Below, one piece after another: positions 35,170 to 44,492 of a stretch of 64,000 nt of DNA. Source of the DNA: an uncultured Acidimicrobiaceae bacterium. Its GTDB lineage: Bacteria > Actinomycetota > Acidimicrobiia > Acidimicrobiales > CAIXPF01. The stretch lies in NCBI GenBank assembly GCA_963775055.1, contig CAVZHK010000008.1, positions 154,813 through 218,812 of the forward strand. The letters run 5' to 3'. Under the pieces are notes generated by a model, which made no database searches, had not been told where the DNA came from, and saw only the letters and a program-made list of their open reading frames with translations. How positions within the stretch are numbered: the stretch's first letter is position 1; every line of letters starts with the position of its first letter. A program made the translations under genes and the position numbers.

Positions 35170-36128
35170 CCGCCTCGCTGAGGGTGGCTCTCCTCGACGA
35201 CTACCAGGGGGTGGCGCGGGACCTGCTGGCCAACTCGCCCGCTGATGGTCGGCTGGACTACCAGGTCTTCACCGACCACATCGATGCCGTGGACCTCGAC
35301 GCCCTGGTCGAGCGGTTGACGCCGTTCGAGGCGGTGGTGGCCATGCGGGAACGGACCGCCTTCGGTGCGCAGTTGCTGGCCCGGCTGCCGAACCTGCGGC
35401 TGCTGGTCACCACCGGCATGGGCAACGCCGCCATCGACCTCGTCGCCTGCCGGGATCGAGGGGTGACGGTGTGTGGCACCAGCGGTTCGGTCCAGTCCAC
35501 CGCCGAGCTCACCTGGGCGTTGATCCTGGCCGCGGCCCGCCATCTGCCCACCGAGCTGGCCAACGTCCGCACCGGCGGCTGGATGAGCACGGTGGGAACG
35601 GACCTGCACGGCGCCACCCTGGGCCTGCTGGGCCTGGGGCGCATCGGGGCCATGGTGGCCACGGTGGGCAGGGCCTTCGGCATGCGTTGTGTCGCCTGGA
35701 GCCAGAACCTCACCGCCGAGCGTTGCGCCGAGGTGGGTGTGGACCTGGTCAGCCGGGACCAACTCTTCGTCGAGGCCGATTTCCTGACCGTGCATCTGGT
35801 GCTGTCAGAGCGGACCCGAGGCCTCGTCGGCGCGGCCGAACTGGCCGCTATGAAGCCTTCCGCCTGGCTGATCAACACCAGCCGCGGCCCCATCTGCGAC
35901 GAGGGGGCCCTGGCCCGGGCCTGCGCCGAAGGAACCATCGCCGGCGCTGGCCTGGACGCCTATGGCACCGAACCCCTGCCTGCGGACCACCCGTTCCGGA
36001 CCCTGCCCAACGTGTTAGCGACACCCCACATCGGCTACGTCTCCAACAACGTCTACCAGGTGTTCTACCGCCAGATCGCGGAGGACCTGAGCGCCTACCT
36101 CAACGGGAGTCCCGTACGGGTGCTGTGA
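35166..36128 (+). CDS. D-2-hydroxyacid dehydrogenase family protein
   Basis: LLDDYQ, MRERT, GLLGLGRIG, INTSRGP, TPHIGYV; GTGA coupling. Confidence 0.93.
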   Translation: MTASLRVALLDDYQGVARDLLANSPADGRLDYQVFTDHIDAVDLDALVERLTPFEAVVAMRERTAFGAQLLARLPNLRLLVTTGMGNAAIDLVACRDRGVTVCGTSGSVQSTAELTWALILAAARHLPTELANVRTGGWMSTVGTDLHGATLGLLGLGRIGAMVATVGRAFGMRCVAWSQNLTAERCAEVGVDLVSRDQLFVEADFLTVHLVLSERTRGLVGAAELAAMKPSAWLINTSRGPICDEGALARACAEGTIAGAGLDAYGTEPLPADHPFRTLPNVLATPHIGYVSNNVYQVFYRQIAEDLSAYLNGSPVRVL

Positions 36129-36214
36129 AGGTCGATCGCTCAGCGGCGGGGCCGGGCGTGGACGCTGCCGGCAATCAGGCGGCCCACGGCGACATCCCGC
36201 CAGATGCGAGGCTG

Positions 36215-36862
36215 ATGCCCATGCAGGAAGCCACATTGCTGGCAGCGGGGTGGACCACTGGGATCAACGCCTACCTGACGTTGTTGCTGCTGGGCCTGGC
36301 GGGGCGGTTGGAGTGGGCGGAAACCCCACCGGTGCTGCAGCGGCCGTGGGTGCTGATCGTGGTGGCTGCGCTGTTCGCGCTGGAGTTCGTGGTGGACAAG
36401 GTGCCGATCCTCGACAGCGCCTGGGACGTGCTGCACACCGTGGTGCGACCGACCGTGGGCACGCTGGTGGGGGTGGCCGCGGCCGGAGCGGACAGCGACT
36501 TTGCCCTCAGCACACCGGTGGCCGCGGTCCTCGGCGGCGGGCTGGCGCTGGCTGGTCACCTCACCAAGGCCTCCACCCGGCTGGCCATCAACACCTCCCC
36601 CGAGCCGTTCACCAACATCATCGCCAGCTTCACCGAGGACGGGTTGGTGGCCTCCATGGTGGTGTTGGCACTGTGGCAGCCCCGCCTGGCCGCAGTGCTG
36701 GCCGTTGTCGCGGCATTCTTGGGCTTGCTGATGGCGGTGGCCATGTTCGCCCTGGCTCGACGAGGATACCGAAGAGTACGGCGGGTGCTGGCCCGATGGG
36801 GCGGTGGGAACGCCAACTCTGGTCCGGCCCCTCCGGCGGGGGCGCCGCAACCCCACGCCTGA
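36215..36862 (+). CDS. DUF4126-like membrane protein
   Basis: GWTTGINAY, EFVVDKVPILDSAWDVLHTVVRP, NTSPEPFTNIIASFTED. Confidence 0.85.
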   Translation: MPMQEATLLAAGWTTGINAYLTLLLLGLAGRLEWAETPPVLQRPWVLIVVAALFALEFVVDKVPILDSAWDVLHTVVRPTVGTLVGVAAAGADSDFALSTPVAAVLGGGLALAGHLTKASTRLAINTSPEPFTNIIASFTEDGLVASMVVLALWQPRLAAVLAVVAAFLGLLMAVAMFALARRGYRRVRRVLARWGGGNANSGPAPPAGAPQPHA

Positions 36863-36942
36863 GCACCTTGCCGGCTGTTGGACGGTGCCGGTCACGGCCG
36901 GCAATTACACTGAGCCGCCCAGCAGATCGCAGGAGTGGCCCG

Positions 36943-38130
36943 ATGACCGAACGAACCCTCAAGGGCCGTGCCGCCGTGGTGGGCGTGGCAGAGACCCAAT
37001 ACTACAAATGGGGCCGCTCGCCTGACCCCGAGTTCAAGCTGGCCATCAAGGCGGTGCTGGCCGCCTGCGCCGACGCCGGCATCGATCCCAAGGATGTGGA
37101 CGGGTTCAGCTCCTACAGCAATGATCGCAGCGAGGCCTCCCGACTCTCAGCGGCGCTCGGTTGCAAGCAGTTGAGCTTCGCCTCCATGCAGTGGGGTGGC
37201 GGTGGCGGTGGGGGATCCGGTGCGGTGGCCAATGCCGCGGCGGCCATCGCCACCGGCCAGGCCGAGTGCGTGGTGGTGTTCCGGGCCTTGGCGCAGGGCC
37301 AGTTCGGCCGTTTCGGTCAGGGTTCCCGCAGCCGCATGGTGTCCGGCGCCCCCGCCCATACCCTGCCGTATGGTCTGATGTCGGCGGCCCATCAGTTCGC
37401 CATGAAGGTGAACCGCTTCATGCACGACCACGACGTGCAGCAGGAGGCGCTACGGGCCATCTCGCTGGCGTCCTACGCCCACGCGCAGAACAACCCCCGG
37501 GCGGTGATGTATGGCCGTCCGCTCGATGAGACCGGGTACGAGGACTCGCGCTGGATCGTGGAGCCGTTCCACCTCTTTGACTGCTGCCTGGAGAACGACG
37601 GCGCCGCGGCGATGGTGTTGGTGGCCGGCGAGCGGGCCAAGGACTTTCCCCATCCGCCCTGCTACGTGCTGGCGGCGGTGTCCGGCTCTCAGCATCGGGC
37701 CGGGGCCACCGTGCACAATACGCCAGAGTATGCATCCTCCAGTTTCACCACCGTGGCGCCGAGGTTGTGGCGCATGGCCGGCCTGGGCCCATCCGATGTG
37801 GACGTGCTGCAGAGCTACGAGAACTTCACCGGTGGGGTCATGATGAGCATCGTCGAGCACGGATTCTGCACCGCCGAGGAGGTCAATGATTTCCTCACCC
37901 CGGAAAACCTCACGGCGCCGGGCGGCAAGCTGCCCACCAACACCAGCGGCGGCAACCTGGCCGAATGCTACATGCACGGGCTGGGCCTCAACATCGAAGC
38001 CGCCCGTCAGATCCGGGGGCAGTCCTTCAACCAGGTCGCCGGGGCGGAGGTGGCCCTGGTGGGATCGGGGCCCATGGTGACCCCGGTCAGCTCGTGCATC
38101 TTCGGCGCGGCGTCGACGGTGGGGGCCTGA
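36943..38130 (+). CDS. thiolase-like / lipid-transfer protein (SCP-x type)
   Basis: AAVVGVAET, DCCLENDGAAA, YENFTG, NTSGGNLAECYMHG; SD aggag. Confidence 0.92.
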   Translation: MTERTLKGRAAVVGVAETQYYKWGRSPDPEFKLAIKAVLAACADAGIDPKDVDGFSSYSNDRSEASRLSAALGCKQLSFASMQWGGGGGGGSGAVANAAAAIATGQAECVVVFRALAQGQFGRFGQGSRSRMVSGAPAHTLPYGLMSAAHQFAMKVNRFMHDHDVQQEALRAISLASYAHAQNNPRAVMYGRPLDETGYEDSRWIVEPFHLFDCCLENDGAAAMVLVAGERAKDFPHPPCYVLAAVSGSQHRAGATVHNTPEYASSSFTTVAPRLWRMAGLGPSDVDVLQSYENFTGGVMMSIVEHGFCTAEEVNDFLTPENLTAPGGKLPTNTSGGNLAECYMHGLGLNIEAARQIRGQSFNQVAGAEVALVGSGPMVTPVSSCIFGAASTVGA

Positions 38131-38135
38131 GCATC

Positions 38136-38591
38136 ATGAACGCACGAACCACGACCGATCGTTACCTTCTCGCAGGGCTGGCCAAGCCGGTGGCAGATCG
38201 CGAGGGCCTCGACACCGAGTTCTGGGAGGGCCTGAAAGCCGGCAAGCTGCTGCTGCAACGTTGCGACGGTTGCGGGCGTTTCCAATGGGGCCCGGAGTAC
38301 GTCTGCCACCGCTGCCACAGCCTTGAACTGCACTTCGAGGAAGTGTCGCCCGAGGGTGTCCTCTATAGCCATCAACGGGTGTGGCATCCGGTGCATCCGG
38401 CGTTGGCGGAGCAGGGCCCCTACGTCGTCGCCCTGGTCGAGTTGCCCCAGGCCGACAACGTGCGCCTGGTGGGCAACCTGCTGGGTGATCCCATGCAGCC
38501 GTTGATCATCGGCTCCAAGGTGGCCGGCGTTTTCGAGCACCACCCCGACGATGAGCCGGCAAACACCCTGCTGCAGTGGGTCGCGAGCTAG
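38136..38591 (+). CDS. Zn-ribbon/OB-fold (DUF35/ChsH2-like) protein
   Basis: FWEG, LQRCDGC...CHRC, PYVVALVEL; typical partner of the thiolase-like gene. Confidence 0.92.
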   Translation: MNARTTTDRYLLAGLAKPVADREGLDTEFWEGLKAGKLLLQRCDGCGRFQWGPEYVCHRCHSLELHFEEVSPEGVLYSHQRVWHPVHPALAEQGPYVVALVELPQADNVRLVGNLLGDPMQPLIIGSKVAGVFEHHPDDEPANTLLQWVAS

Positions 38592-38651
38592 TCGGCTGCA
38601 TCTGGCGGCTCCCCTTCTTGAGTGGGTCTTTGGGCGGATTTACCTGACAGG

Positions 38652-38679
38652 TTGGACTCTGAGTAGTCAGCCGTACACT
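38652..38679 (+). promoter_or_regulatory. putative primary-sigma promoter for the IPT/TIG gene
   Basis: TTGGAC-N16-TACACT; short palindrome acctgacaggt just upstream; strong SD aaggaggt downstream. Confidence 0.4.
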
Positions 38680-38730
38680 TTCCGAGGTATCGGACGGCCC
38701 AAGGTGGGCTGCATCCAAGGAGGTACGGTC

Positions 38731-40137
38731 ATGCCTACTGGACCCACGAGCAGCGCTGACGAACAACGGCGTCGGGCCAGATCCCGCAAGCTGGTGGCTG
38801 CTGCAGCCCTGGCGTCGGGGTTGTTCTTGCTCGGTCATTCCGTGGTCGGCTCCTCGGAGGTCGATGGCGCGGCCGACACCACCCAGAGCGATTCGCTCAT
38901 CGCCGAAGCCATCGCCCAGGGGCTGCTCAGCGAGGACGAACTAGCCGGCGCCGCCGGTGAAGTCGCCTCCGCCGTGCCGACCGTGACCGCGGTGGCGCCC
39001 ACGGCCGGCCCGCTCAAGGGTGGCCAGATCGTGGTGCTCACCGGCACCGGCTTCACCTCCGCCAGCGCGGTCAACTTCAACAACACCGGCGGGGACACCG
39101 CAGCGACCAACTACGCCATCGTCTCGGACACCAAGATCGTGGCCACCGTGCCCGACGCGGCCGCTGCCGGTGCCAAGACCCTGAAGGTCACCAACACCGA
39201 CGGCACCAACACCGCCGGCCCCAGCTACACCTACGGGGCCCCCACGGTGACCTCCGTCGTGCCGGCCTTCGCTGATCCCGGCACCGGCAAGATCGTGACC
39301 ATCACCGGCACCGGCTTCACCGGCGCCCTGCTGGCCGACGTGAAGTTCGGCACCTGGGCGCCCCAGTCGATCTGGGTTGTCTCCGATACCCAGATCATCG
39401 CCAGGACCCCCATCGATGACACCACCCCCGACCCCGACATCGATGTCACCGAAGGCATCACCGACGTCGTTGTGACCCGGAACTCCGTGGTCAGCCCCAA
39501 CGTCGCCGGCTCGAAGTTCCTCTTCAGCCCCGGCGCACCGACCATCACCACCCTGGGTGCCACCGGCGCTGAGATCACTGGCACCGACGGCGCCGCCGTG
39601 GCCTCCCTGATGACCATCACCGGTACCCGCCTGTGGGGCACCAGCAAGGTCAACTTCGGCGCCACCGCCGTGACCCTGGCGGCGGACATCGTGGTCGCCA
39701 CCGATGGTCTGACCATGACCGTCAAGGTGCCGACCCGGACCACCAGCGGCCCCGTTGACGTGACCGTGGAGAACGTGATCGGCGTCAGCACCACCAACCT
39801 CAAGACTCGCTTCAACTACATCGGCACTGTCGCCCCCACCATCACCTCGGTGACCCCGAACGTGCTGAACAAGGCGGCCTCCGGTGGTGGCGGCACCTTC
39901 CTGGTGGTGGGTACCGGCTACACCGGCATGACCACCGCCAAGGTGACGCTCAAGTGCACCACCGACATCACACCCAGCGCGGTGGTGGTCGTCTCCGACA
40001 CCAACCTCATCGTGACCGCTCCTGGCAACGCCGGCAGCACCGCAGAGGCCTGTGACCTGGAGATCGTGAACCCGGTGGACTCCACCAAGAAGGCCACGCT
40101 GCTCAAGACCGCAGCCAACGCCGTCCGCTACGTCTGA
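38731..40137 (+). CDS. secreted multi-IPT/TIG (Ig-like) domain protein
   Basis: Basic N-terminus + hydrophobic signal; four PTVT/PTIT...TGTGF-type repeats; Thr/Val/Ala-rich; strongly C-ending codons. Confidence 0.88.
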   Translation: MPTGPTSSADEQRRRARSRKLVAAAALASGLFLLGHSVVGSSEVDGAADTTQSDSLIAEAIAQGLLSEDELAGAAGEVASAVPTVTAVAPTAGPLKGGQIVVLTGTGFTSASAVNFNNTGGDTAATNYAIVSDTKIVATVPDAAAAGAKTLKVTNTDGTNTAGPSYTYGAPTVTSVVPAFADPGTGKIVTITGTGFTGALLADVKFGTWAPQSIWVVSDTQIIARTPIDDTTPDPDIDVTEGITDVVVTRNSVVSPNVAGSKFLFSPGAPTITTLGATGAEITGTDGAAVASLMTITGTRLWGTSKVNFGATAVTLAADIVVATDGLTMTVKVPTRTTSGPVDVTVENVIGVSTTNLKTRFNYIGTVAPTITSVTPNVLNKAASGGGGTFLVVGTGYTGMTTAKVTLKCTTDITPSAVVVVSDTNLIVTAPGNAGSTAEACDLEIVNPVDSTKKATLLKTAANAVRYV

Positions 40138-40175
40138 CCCAACCCGGCTGAGCTCCTCAGCCTGAACTGAACATG

Positions 40176-40217
40176 AGCAAGCGGGGCGCCCTTCTCGGAG
40201 GGCGCCCCGTGCTTGTT
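40176..40217 (+). terminator. intrinsic terminator hairpin after the IPT/TIG gene
   Basis: cggggcgccct-tctcgg-agggcgccccg followed by tgcttgtt. Confidence 0.75.
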
Positions 40218-40600
40218 GGGGGGCTGCGCCCCCCACGGCGCCCTGAGGGCGCCTCCCCCATCCACGAGGGTGGCCTGGTGGAATCTCGGTCGGCTGGCGC
40301 CTCCCTTGCGGCGCTCGGGCGGGGCGCTGTTCTTGTTGGGGGGCTGCGCCCCCCACGGCGCCCTGAGGGCGCCTCCCCCATCCGCGAGGGTGGCCTGGTG
40401 GAATCTCGGTCGGCTGGCGCCTCCCTTGCGGCGCTCGGGCGGGGCGCTGTTCTTGTTGGGGGGCTGCGCCCCCCACGGCGCCCTGAGGGCGCCTCCCCCA
40501 TCCGCGAGGGTGGCCTGGTGGAATCTCGGTCGGCTGGCGCCTCCCTTACGGCGCTCGGGCGGGGCCCCAACCCCACCCTCGGGGCCCGGCCCGGCGCGAC
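40212..40600. repeat. REP/BIME-like array A: three 120-bp palindrome-rich tandem units plus a terminal cap
   Basis: Units start at 40212, 40332, 40452 and are near-identical; cap ggggccccaaccccaccctcggggccc. Confidence 0.93.
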
Positions 40601-40675
40601 GCGGCCCGACCGCGTAGCCGGGCGCGACAGGAGGTCGAACCCGGTATCCGCGGCTCGGGCGGCGCGCGACGTCGG

Positions 40676-41491
40676 CTAGCTGCGGCGGGCGCGGGAGGCG
40701 GGAGAGGACTTGGTGTTGGCCCAGCCGGTGCGCATGCCTGCGGAGAGGCCGCCGTCTACGGGGAGGTCCACGGCGTTGACCCAGCCGCTCTTGCCCACGG
40801 CCAACCAACAGATGGCTTCGGCCTCGTCCACGGGTTGGGCCGGGCGCCCGACCTGGTCGTTCAACCATGCCATCTGATCGGCACCGGTGTCGGCCTCGAA
40901 GTACGGGAACAACGGGGTGATGACCGGGCCCGGGCTCACGCTGTTGACCCTGATCCCTTGCTGGACCACCCGGCCGGCGAGGCGCTGGGTGTAGGCCACC
41001 ACCCACTCCTTGGACAGCACGTAGGCCGCGGGGCCACCCCGGTCGTAGGCCTTGGCCACCTCGATGCCGGCGGCGAAATCAGCGGCGTCGTCCAGCGCGT
41101 TGATGCGGTCAAGGTGCCGCTCCCAGGCCATCCCGGCCAGCGAGGCGATGTTCACGATGGACCCGCCTGGCGCGGTGATCTTGCCGGCGGCCAGCATCGT
41201 CTCTGTCAGGTGCCGAAGCCCGTACACATTGACCCGGAACACCAACTCCGATCCCATGGAACCGGCCACCCCGGCCACGTTCAGCAAGGCGTCATAGGTG
41301 CCGCTCAGCCGCCCGACGGTGGCATCGATGGAATCCGCGTCGCTGAGATCGCAATGAAAGTGTTGCGCCGCGCCCGCCGGGGCCTCTTTCACGTCGAGTG
41401 AGGTGACCTCGTGGCCATCCTCGACCAGCATCTGCAGGGTGGCATTGCCGATGCCGGTGCTGGCGCCGGTCAGAAGTACGCGCTTGGACAT
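40676..41491 (-). CDS. SDR family oxidoreductase (3-alpha-HSD/coniferyl alcohol dehydrogenase-like)
   Basis: TGASTGIG, NVAG, NIASLAG, YVLSK, VNSVSPG, VDGG. Confidence 0.92.
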   Translation of the reverse strand: MSKRVLLTGASTGIGNATLQMLVEDGHEVTSLDVKEAPAGAAQHFHCDLSDADSIDATVGRLSGTYDALLNVAGVAGSMGSELVFRVNVYGLRHLTETMLAAGKITAPGGSIVNIASLAGMAWERHLDRINALDDAADFAAGIEVAKAYDRGGPAAYVLSKEWVVAYTQRLAGRVVQQGIRVNSVSPGPVITPLFPYFEADTGADQMAWLNDQVGRPAQPVDEAEAICWLAVGKSGWVNAVDLPVDGGLSAGMRTGWANTKSSPASRARRS

Positions 41492-41726
41492 CGTCTGGTT
41501 CTCCTACGAAGGTGGCCGTGCTGTTCGGCCGCGGATCGTACTCGCACCAGGGATTGACGGCGTCCGGTCCCGATCAGCGGGCCGCGGGCCAAGCGCCGGC
41601 AACAGCCCTGACCACGCCCGGTAGGATCGCCCGGCGACCGGATCGGTATCGGTCCTCGGGCATGGTTCGGATCCGGGCGCGCACACGAGAGACTTGGGAA
41701 ATATGCGGACGTGGAGGTAGCGAACC

Positions 41727-42521
41727 ATGCAGCTGAGCGACGCGGAGCTCGAACAGTTCCAACGTGAGGGCTATCTGTTCCTGCCCGGCTGTTTCCCGCT
41801 GGATGAGACGGCGCTGCTGCGGGCGGAGGCCGACCGGCTCTACGCCACCGATCGTGAGGAGGTCTGGCGGGAGTCCTCGGGCGCCCCCCGCACCGCTTTC
41901 GCCGCCCATCACTGGTCCGAACCGTTCCGTCGGCTCGGCGCCCACCCCCGCCTGATCGGCCCGGTCGAACAGATCCTGGGCGGGCAGGTCTACATGCACC
42001 AGTACAAGGTGAACGCCAAGGCCCCCTTCGACGGAGAGGTCTGGCAATGGCACCAGGATTACGGCACCTGGCAACACGATGACGACATGCCTGCACCGCT
42101 GGCCATGAACATCGCCGTGTTCCTGGATGAGGTCACCGCGGCCAACGGTCCCCTCCTGTTCATCCCCGGTAGCCACCTCGAAGGGGTGTACGAGGCCGGC
42201 CATGATCTGGCCACCACGTCCTACCCGCTGTGGACCCTTGATCGAGCCACCATCACCCGGCTGGCCGAGCGGGGCGGCATCGTGGCCCCCACCGGTCCCC
42301 CGGGCTCCGTGGTGCTGTTCTCCGGCTGCCTGGTCCATGCCAGCCCGGCCAACATCAGCCCTTTCGGGCGGGTCATCGTGTACCTCTCGCTCTGCCGGGT
42401 CGACAATCACATCCGCCGCTTCCAACGGGCCGAGTGGATCGCCCATCGGGACTTCACCCCCATTCAGGCCCTCGGCGACGACTGCCTCGCCCAACTGGTC
42501 TTGGAAGAGGCCGGCCGATGA
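41727..42521 (+). CDS. phytanoyl-CoA dioxygenase (PhyH) family Fe(II)/2-oxoglutarate dioxygenase
   Basis: WHQDYGTW (HxD), NGPLLFIPGSH, distal H (LVHAS) and R; SD ggagg. Confidence 0.92.
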   Translation: MQLSDAELEQFQREGYLFLPGCFPLDETALLRAEADRLYATDREEVWRESSGAPRTAFAAHHWSEPFRRLGAHPRLIGPVEQILGGQVYMHQYKVNAKAPFDGEVWQWHQDYGTWQHDDDMPAPLAMNIAVFLDEVTAANGPLLFIPGSHLEGVYEAGHDLATTSYPLWTLDRATITRLAERGGIVAPTGPPGSVVLFSGCLVHASPANISPFGRVIVYLSLCRVDNHIRRFQRAEWIAHRDFTPIQALGDDCLAQLVLEEAGR

Positions 42522-43843
42522 ACCTGCACCGCTTGGCCCAGCGGCGCCTGGTCGACGGTCGCCCGGTGCGGGTGGGACTGATCGGGGCCGGCAAGTTCGG
42601 CTCCATGTTCCTGGCCCAGGTGCCGCACTCCCCCCTGGTGGTCAGCGCCATCGCCGACCTGGACGTGGAACGGGCCCGACGCGCCTGCCGGCAGGTGGGT
42701 TGGTCAGCGGATCTGGTCGCCGGCACGGCCTTCACCGACTCCGCCGATGACCTGGTTCAACGTCCCGACGTGGACGTGGTGGTGGAGGCCACCGGCAACG
42801 CGGTCGTCGGGGTGGCCCACGCCCTATTGTGCTTCGAGGCCGGGAAACACCTGGTGGCGGTCAACGTGGAGGCCGACGCTCTGTGCGGTCCGATGCTGGC
42901 CCGGGCCGCCGCTGACGCCGGCGTGGTGTACTCGCTGGCGTACGGGGATCAGCCCGCGCTGGTCTGCGAGCAGGTGGACTGGGCCCGGTCCTGCGGGTTT
43001 GAGGTGGTGGCCGCCGGCAAGGGCACCAAGCACCACCCCACCTACCACCGCTCCACCCCTGACACCATCTGGGACCACTACGGGCTCACCGCCGCACAAG
43101 CGGCCGACGCCGGCATGAACAGCCAGATGTTCAACAGCTTCCTCGACGGCACCAAGTCCGCCATCGAGATGTGCGCCATCGCCAACGCCACCGGCCTCAC
43201 CCCGGCACCGGGCGGCCTGCAGTTCCCGCCCTGCGGTGTGGACGATCTGCCCCACGTGCTGCGACCGGCGGCTGAGGGCGGGGTCTTGCACCACAAGGGC
43301 CAGGTGGAGGTGGTCTCCAGCCTGGAGCTGGACTTCCGGCCGGTGTTCCGGGACCTGCGGTGGGGGGTTTACGTGGTGTTGGAGGCGCCCAACGACTACG
43401 CCGCAGCCTGCTTCGCCCAGTACGGCCTGCGGACCGACTCAACCGGCCGTTTCGCCGCCATGTACAAGCCGTACCACCTGATCGGGTTGGAGCTGAACGT
43501 GTCGATCCTGTCCGCCGCGCTGCGGGCTGAGCCGACCGGCTGCCCCGACGGATGGCGGGCCGATGTGGTGGCCACCGCCAAGCGCCCTTTGCGCGCCGGT
43601 GAGATCCTGGACGGCGAGGGCGGGTTCACCGTGTGGGGTCGGCTGACCCCGGCGTTGGACTCCCAAGCCGCGGGCTGTTTCCCGCTGGGGCTGGCCCATG
43701 GAGTGCGGTTGTTGAACGACGTGGCCCAAGACCAGCCCATCCGCTGGGCTGACGTGGAGCTGGATCCCGCCGCCACCGGTCCGGCGTATCGACTTCGCCG
43801 CGAGCTTGAGGGCCGCTCCCTGGCAACAGCCGCGGCCCAATAA
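42518..43843 (+). CDS. NAD(P)-dependent oxidoreductase with C-terminal SAF domain (homoserine dehydrogenase-like)
   Basis: GLIGAGKFG, EATG, NVEAD, YGDQPA, FLDGTKSAIEM, DVVATAKRPL...LDGEGG; ATGA coupling. Confidence 0.9.
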   Translation: MNLHRLAQRRLVDGRPVRVGLIGAGKFGSMFLAQVPHSPLVVSAIADLDVERARRACRQVGWSADLVAGTAFTDSADDLVQRPDVDVVVEATGNAVVGVAHALLCFEAGKHLVAVNVEADALCGPMLARAAADAGVVYSLAYGDQPALVCEQVDWARSCGFEVVAAGKGTKHHPTYHRSTPDTIWDHYGLTAAQAADAGMNSQMFNSFLDGTKSAIEMCAIANATGLTPAPGGLQFPPCGVDDLPHVLRPAAEGGVLHHKGQVEVVSSLELDFRPVFRDLRWGVYVVLEAPNDYAAACFAQYGLRTDSTGRFAAMYKPYHLIGLELNVSILSAALRAEPTGCPDGWRADVVATAKRPLRAGEILDGEGGFTVWGRLTPALDSQAAGCFPLGLAHGVRLLNDVAQDQPIRWADVELDPAATGPAYRLRRELEGRSLATAAAQ

Positions 43844-43956
43844 CCACCCGGCCCGGCCCGGACACCTCGTCGCCGGTGTGAATCGATGCTGGCGCGGATG
43901 ATGGCGCGGCGGCCGTCTGCCGGCCGTTGGGGTAAGGCGTCGGTAGGGTCCGGGCC

Positions 43957-44328
43957 ATGTCCTATGAAACAGGTTTGGAAACCCGTCGCGCCGTGCTCGG
44001 GGCTGAGTACGTGGACGCGGCCATCGCCAACGCGGACGACTTCACCCGGCCCCTGCAAGAGCTGGTCACCACGTACTGCTGGGGTGACGTGTGGGGTCGT
44101 CCCGAACTGGACCTGAAGACCCGATCGATGTTGAACCTGGCCATGTTGACGGCCCTCAATAAGCCCCACGAGCTGCGGCTTCACGTGCGTGGAGCCATCA
44201 CCAACGGGGTCACGCCGGTTGAGATCCGCGAGGTCCTCCTCCAAACCGCCATCTACTGTGGCGTCCCCGCCGCGGTGGACGCCTTCCGTACCGCTCACGA
44301 CGAACTGGTCCAACTCGGCGTCCTCTGA
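43957..44328 (+). CDS. carboxymuconolactone decarboxylase family protein
   Basis: RRAVLGAEYV, YCWGDVWGR, LHVRGAITNG, AIYCGVPA. Confidence 0.93.
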   Translation: MSYETGLETRRAVLGAEYVDAAIANADDFTRPLQELVTTYCWGDVWGRPELDLKTRSMLNLAMLTALNKPHELRLHVRGAITNGVTPVEIREVLLQTAIYCGVPAAVDAFRTAHDELVQLGVL

Positions 44329-44340
44329 CCGGTCCCAGCG

Positions 44341-44452
44341 CACCCTGTCTCCCCCGCCGAATCCGTACCGACATCGCGATAAGTGTCCCAAACAATGGTG
44401 TTTCACTCCCTTTCATGCGATGTCAATCGGCGAAAGGGGGAGCGGGAGGGTG
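44341..44452. repeat. long imperfect intergenic hairpin
   Basis: caccct..ctcccccgccga..gacatcgc pairs with gcgatgtc..tcggc..gggggag..agggtg around an AT-richer core. Confidence 0.55.
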
Positions 44453-44492
44453 TCGGGCTCGGGATCGCGGCAGTGCCGATAGCGTCGAGACG

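Noticed and set aside
40212-40600. CRISPR array interpretation of the 120-bp repeats (also 62345-62640)
   Set aside because: Units are head-to-tail identical with no unique spacers, are too long, and no cas genes are in the window.
40128-40679. Repetitive ORFs across array A (and across array B)
   Set aside because: Open in several frames only because of GC-rich repeats; no SD or protein-like composition.
41727-42521. ectD (ectoine hydroxylase) assignment
   Set aside because: Signature differs from EctD and no ectABC nearby; left at family level.
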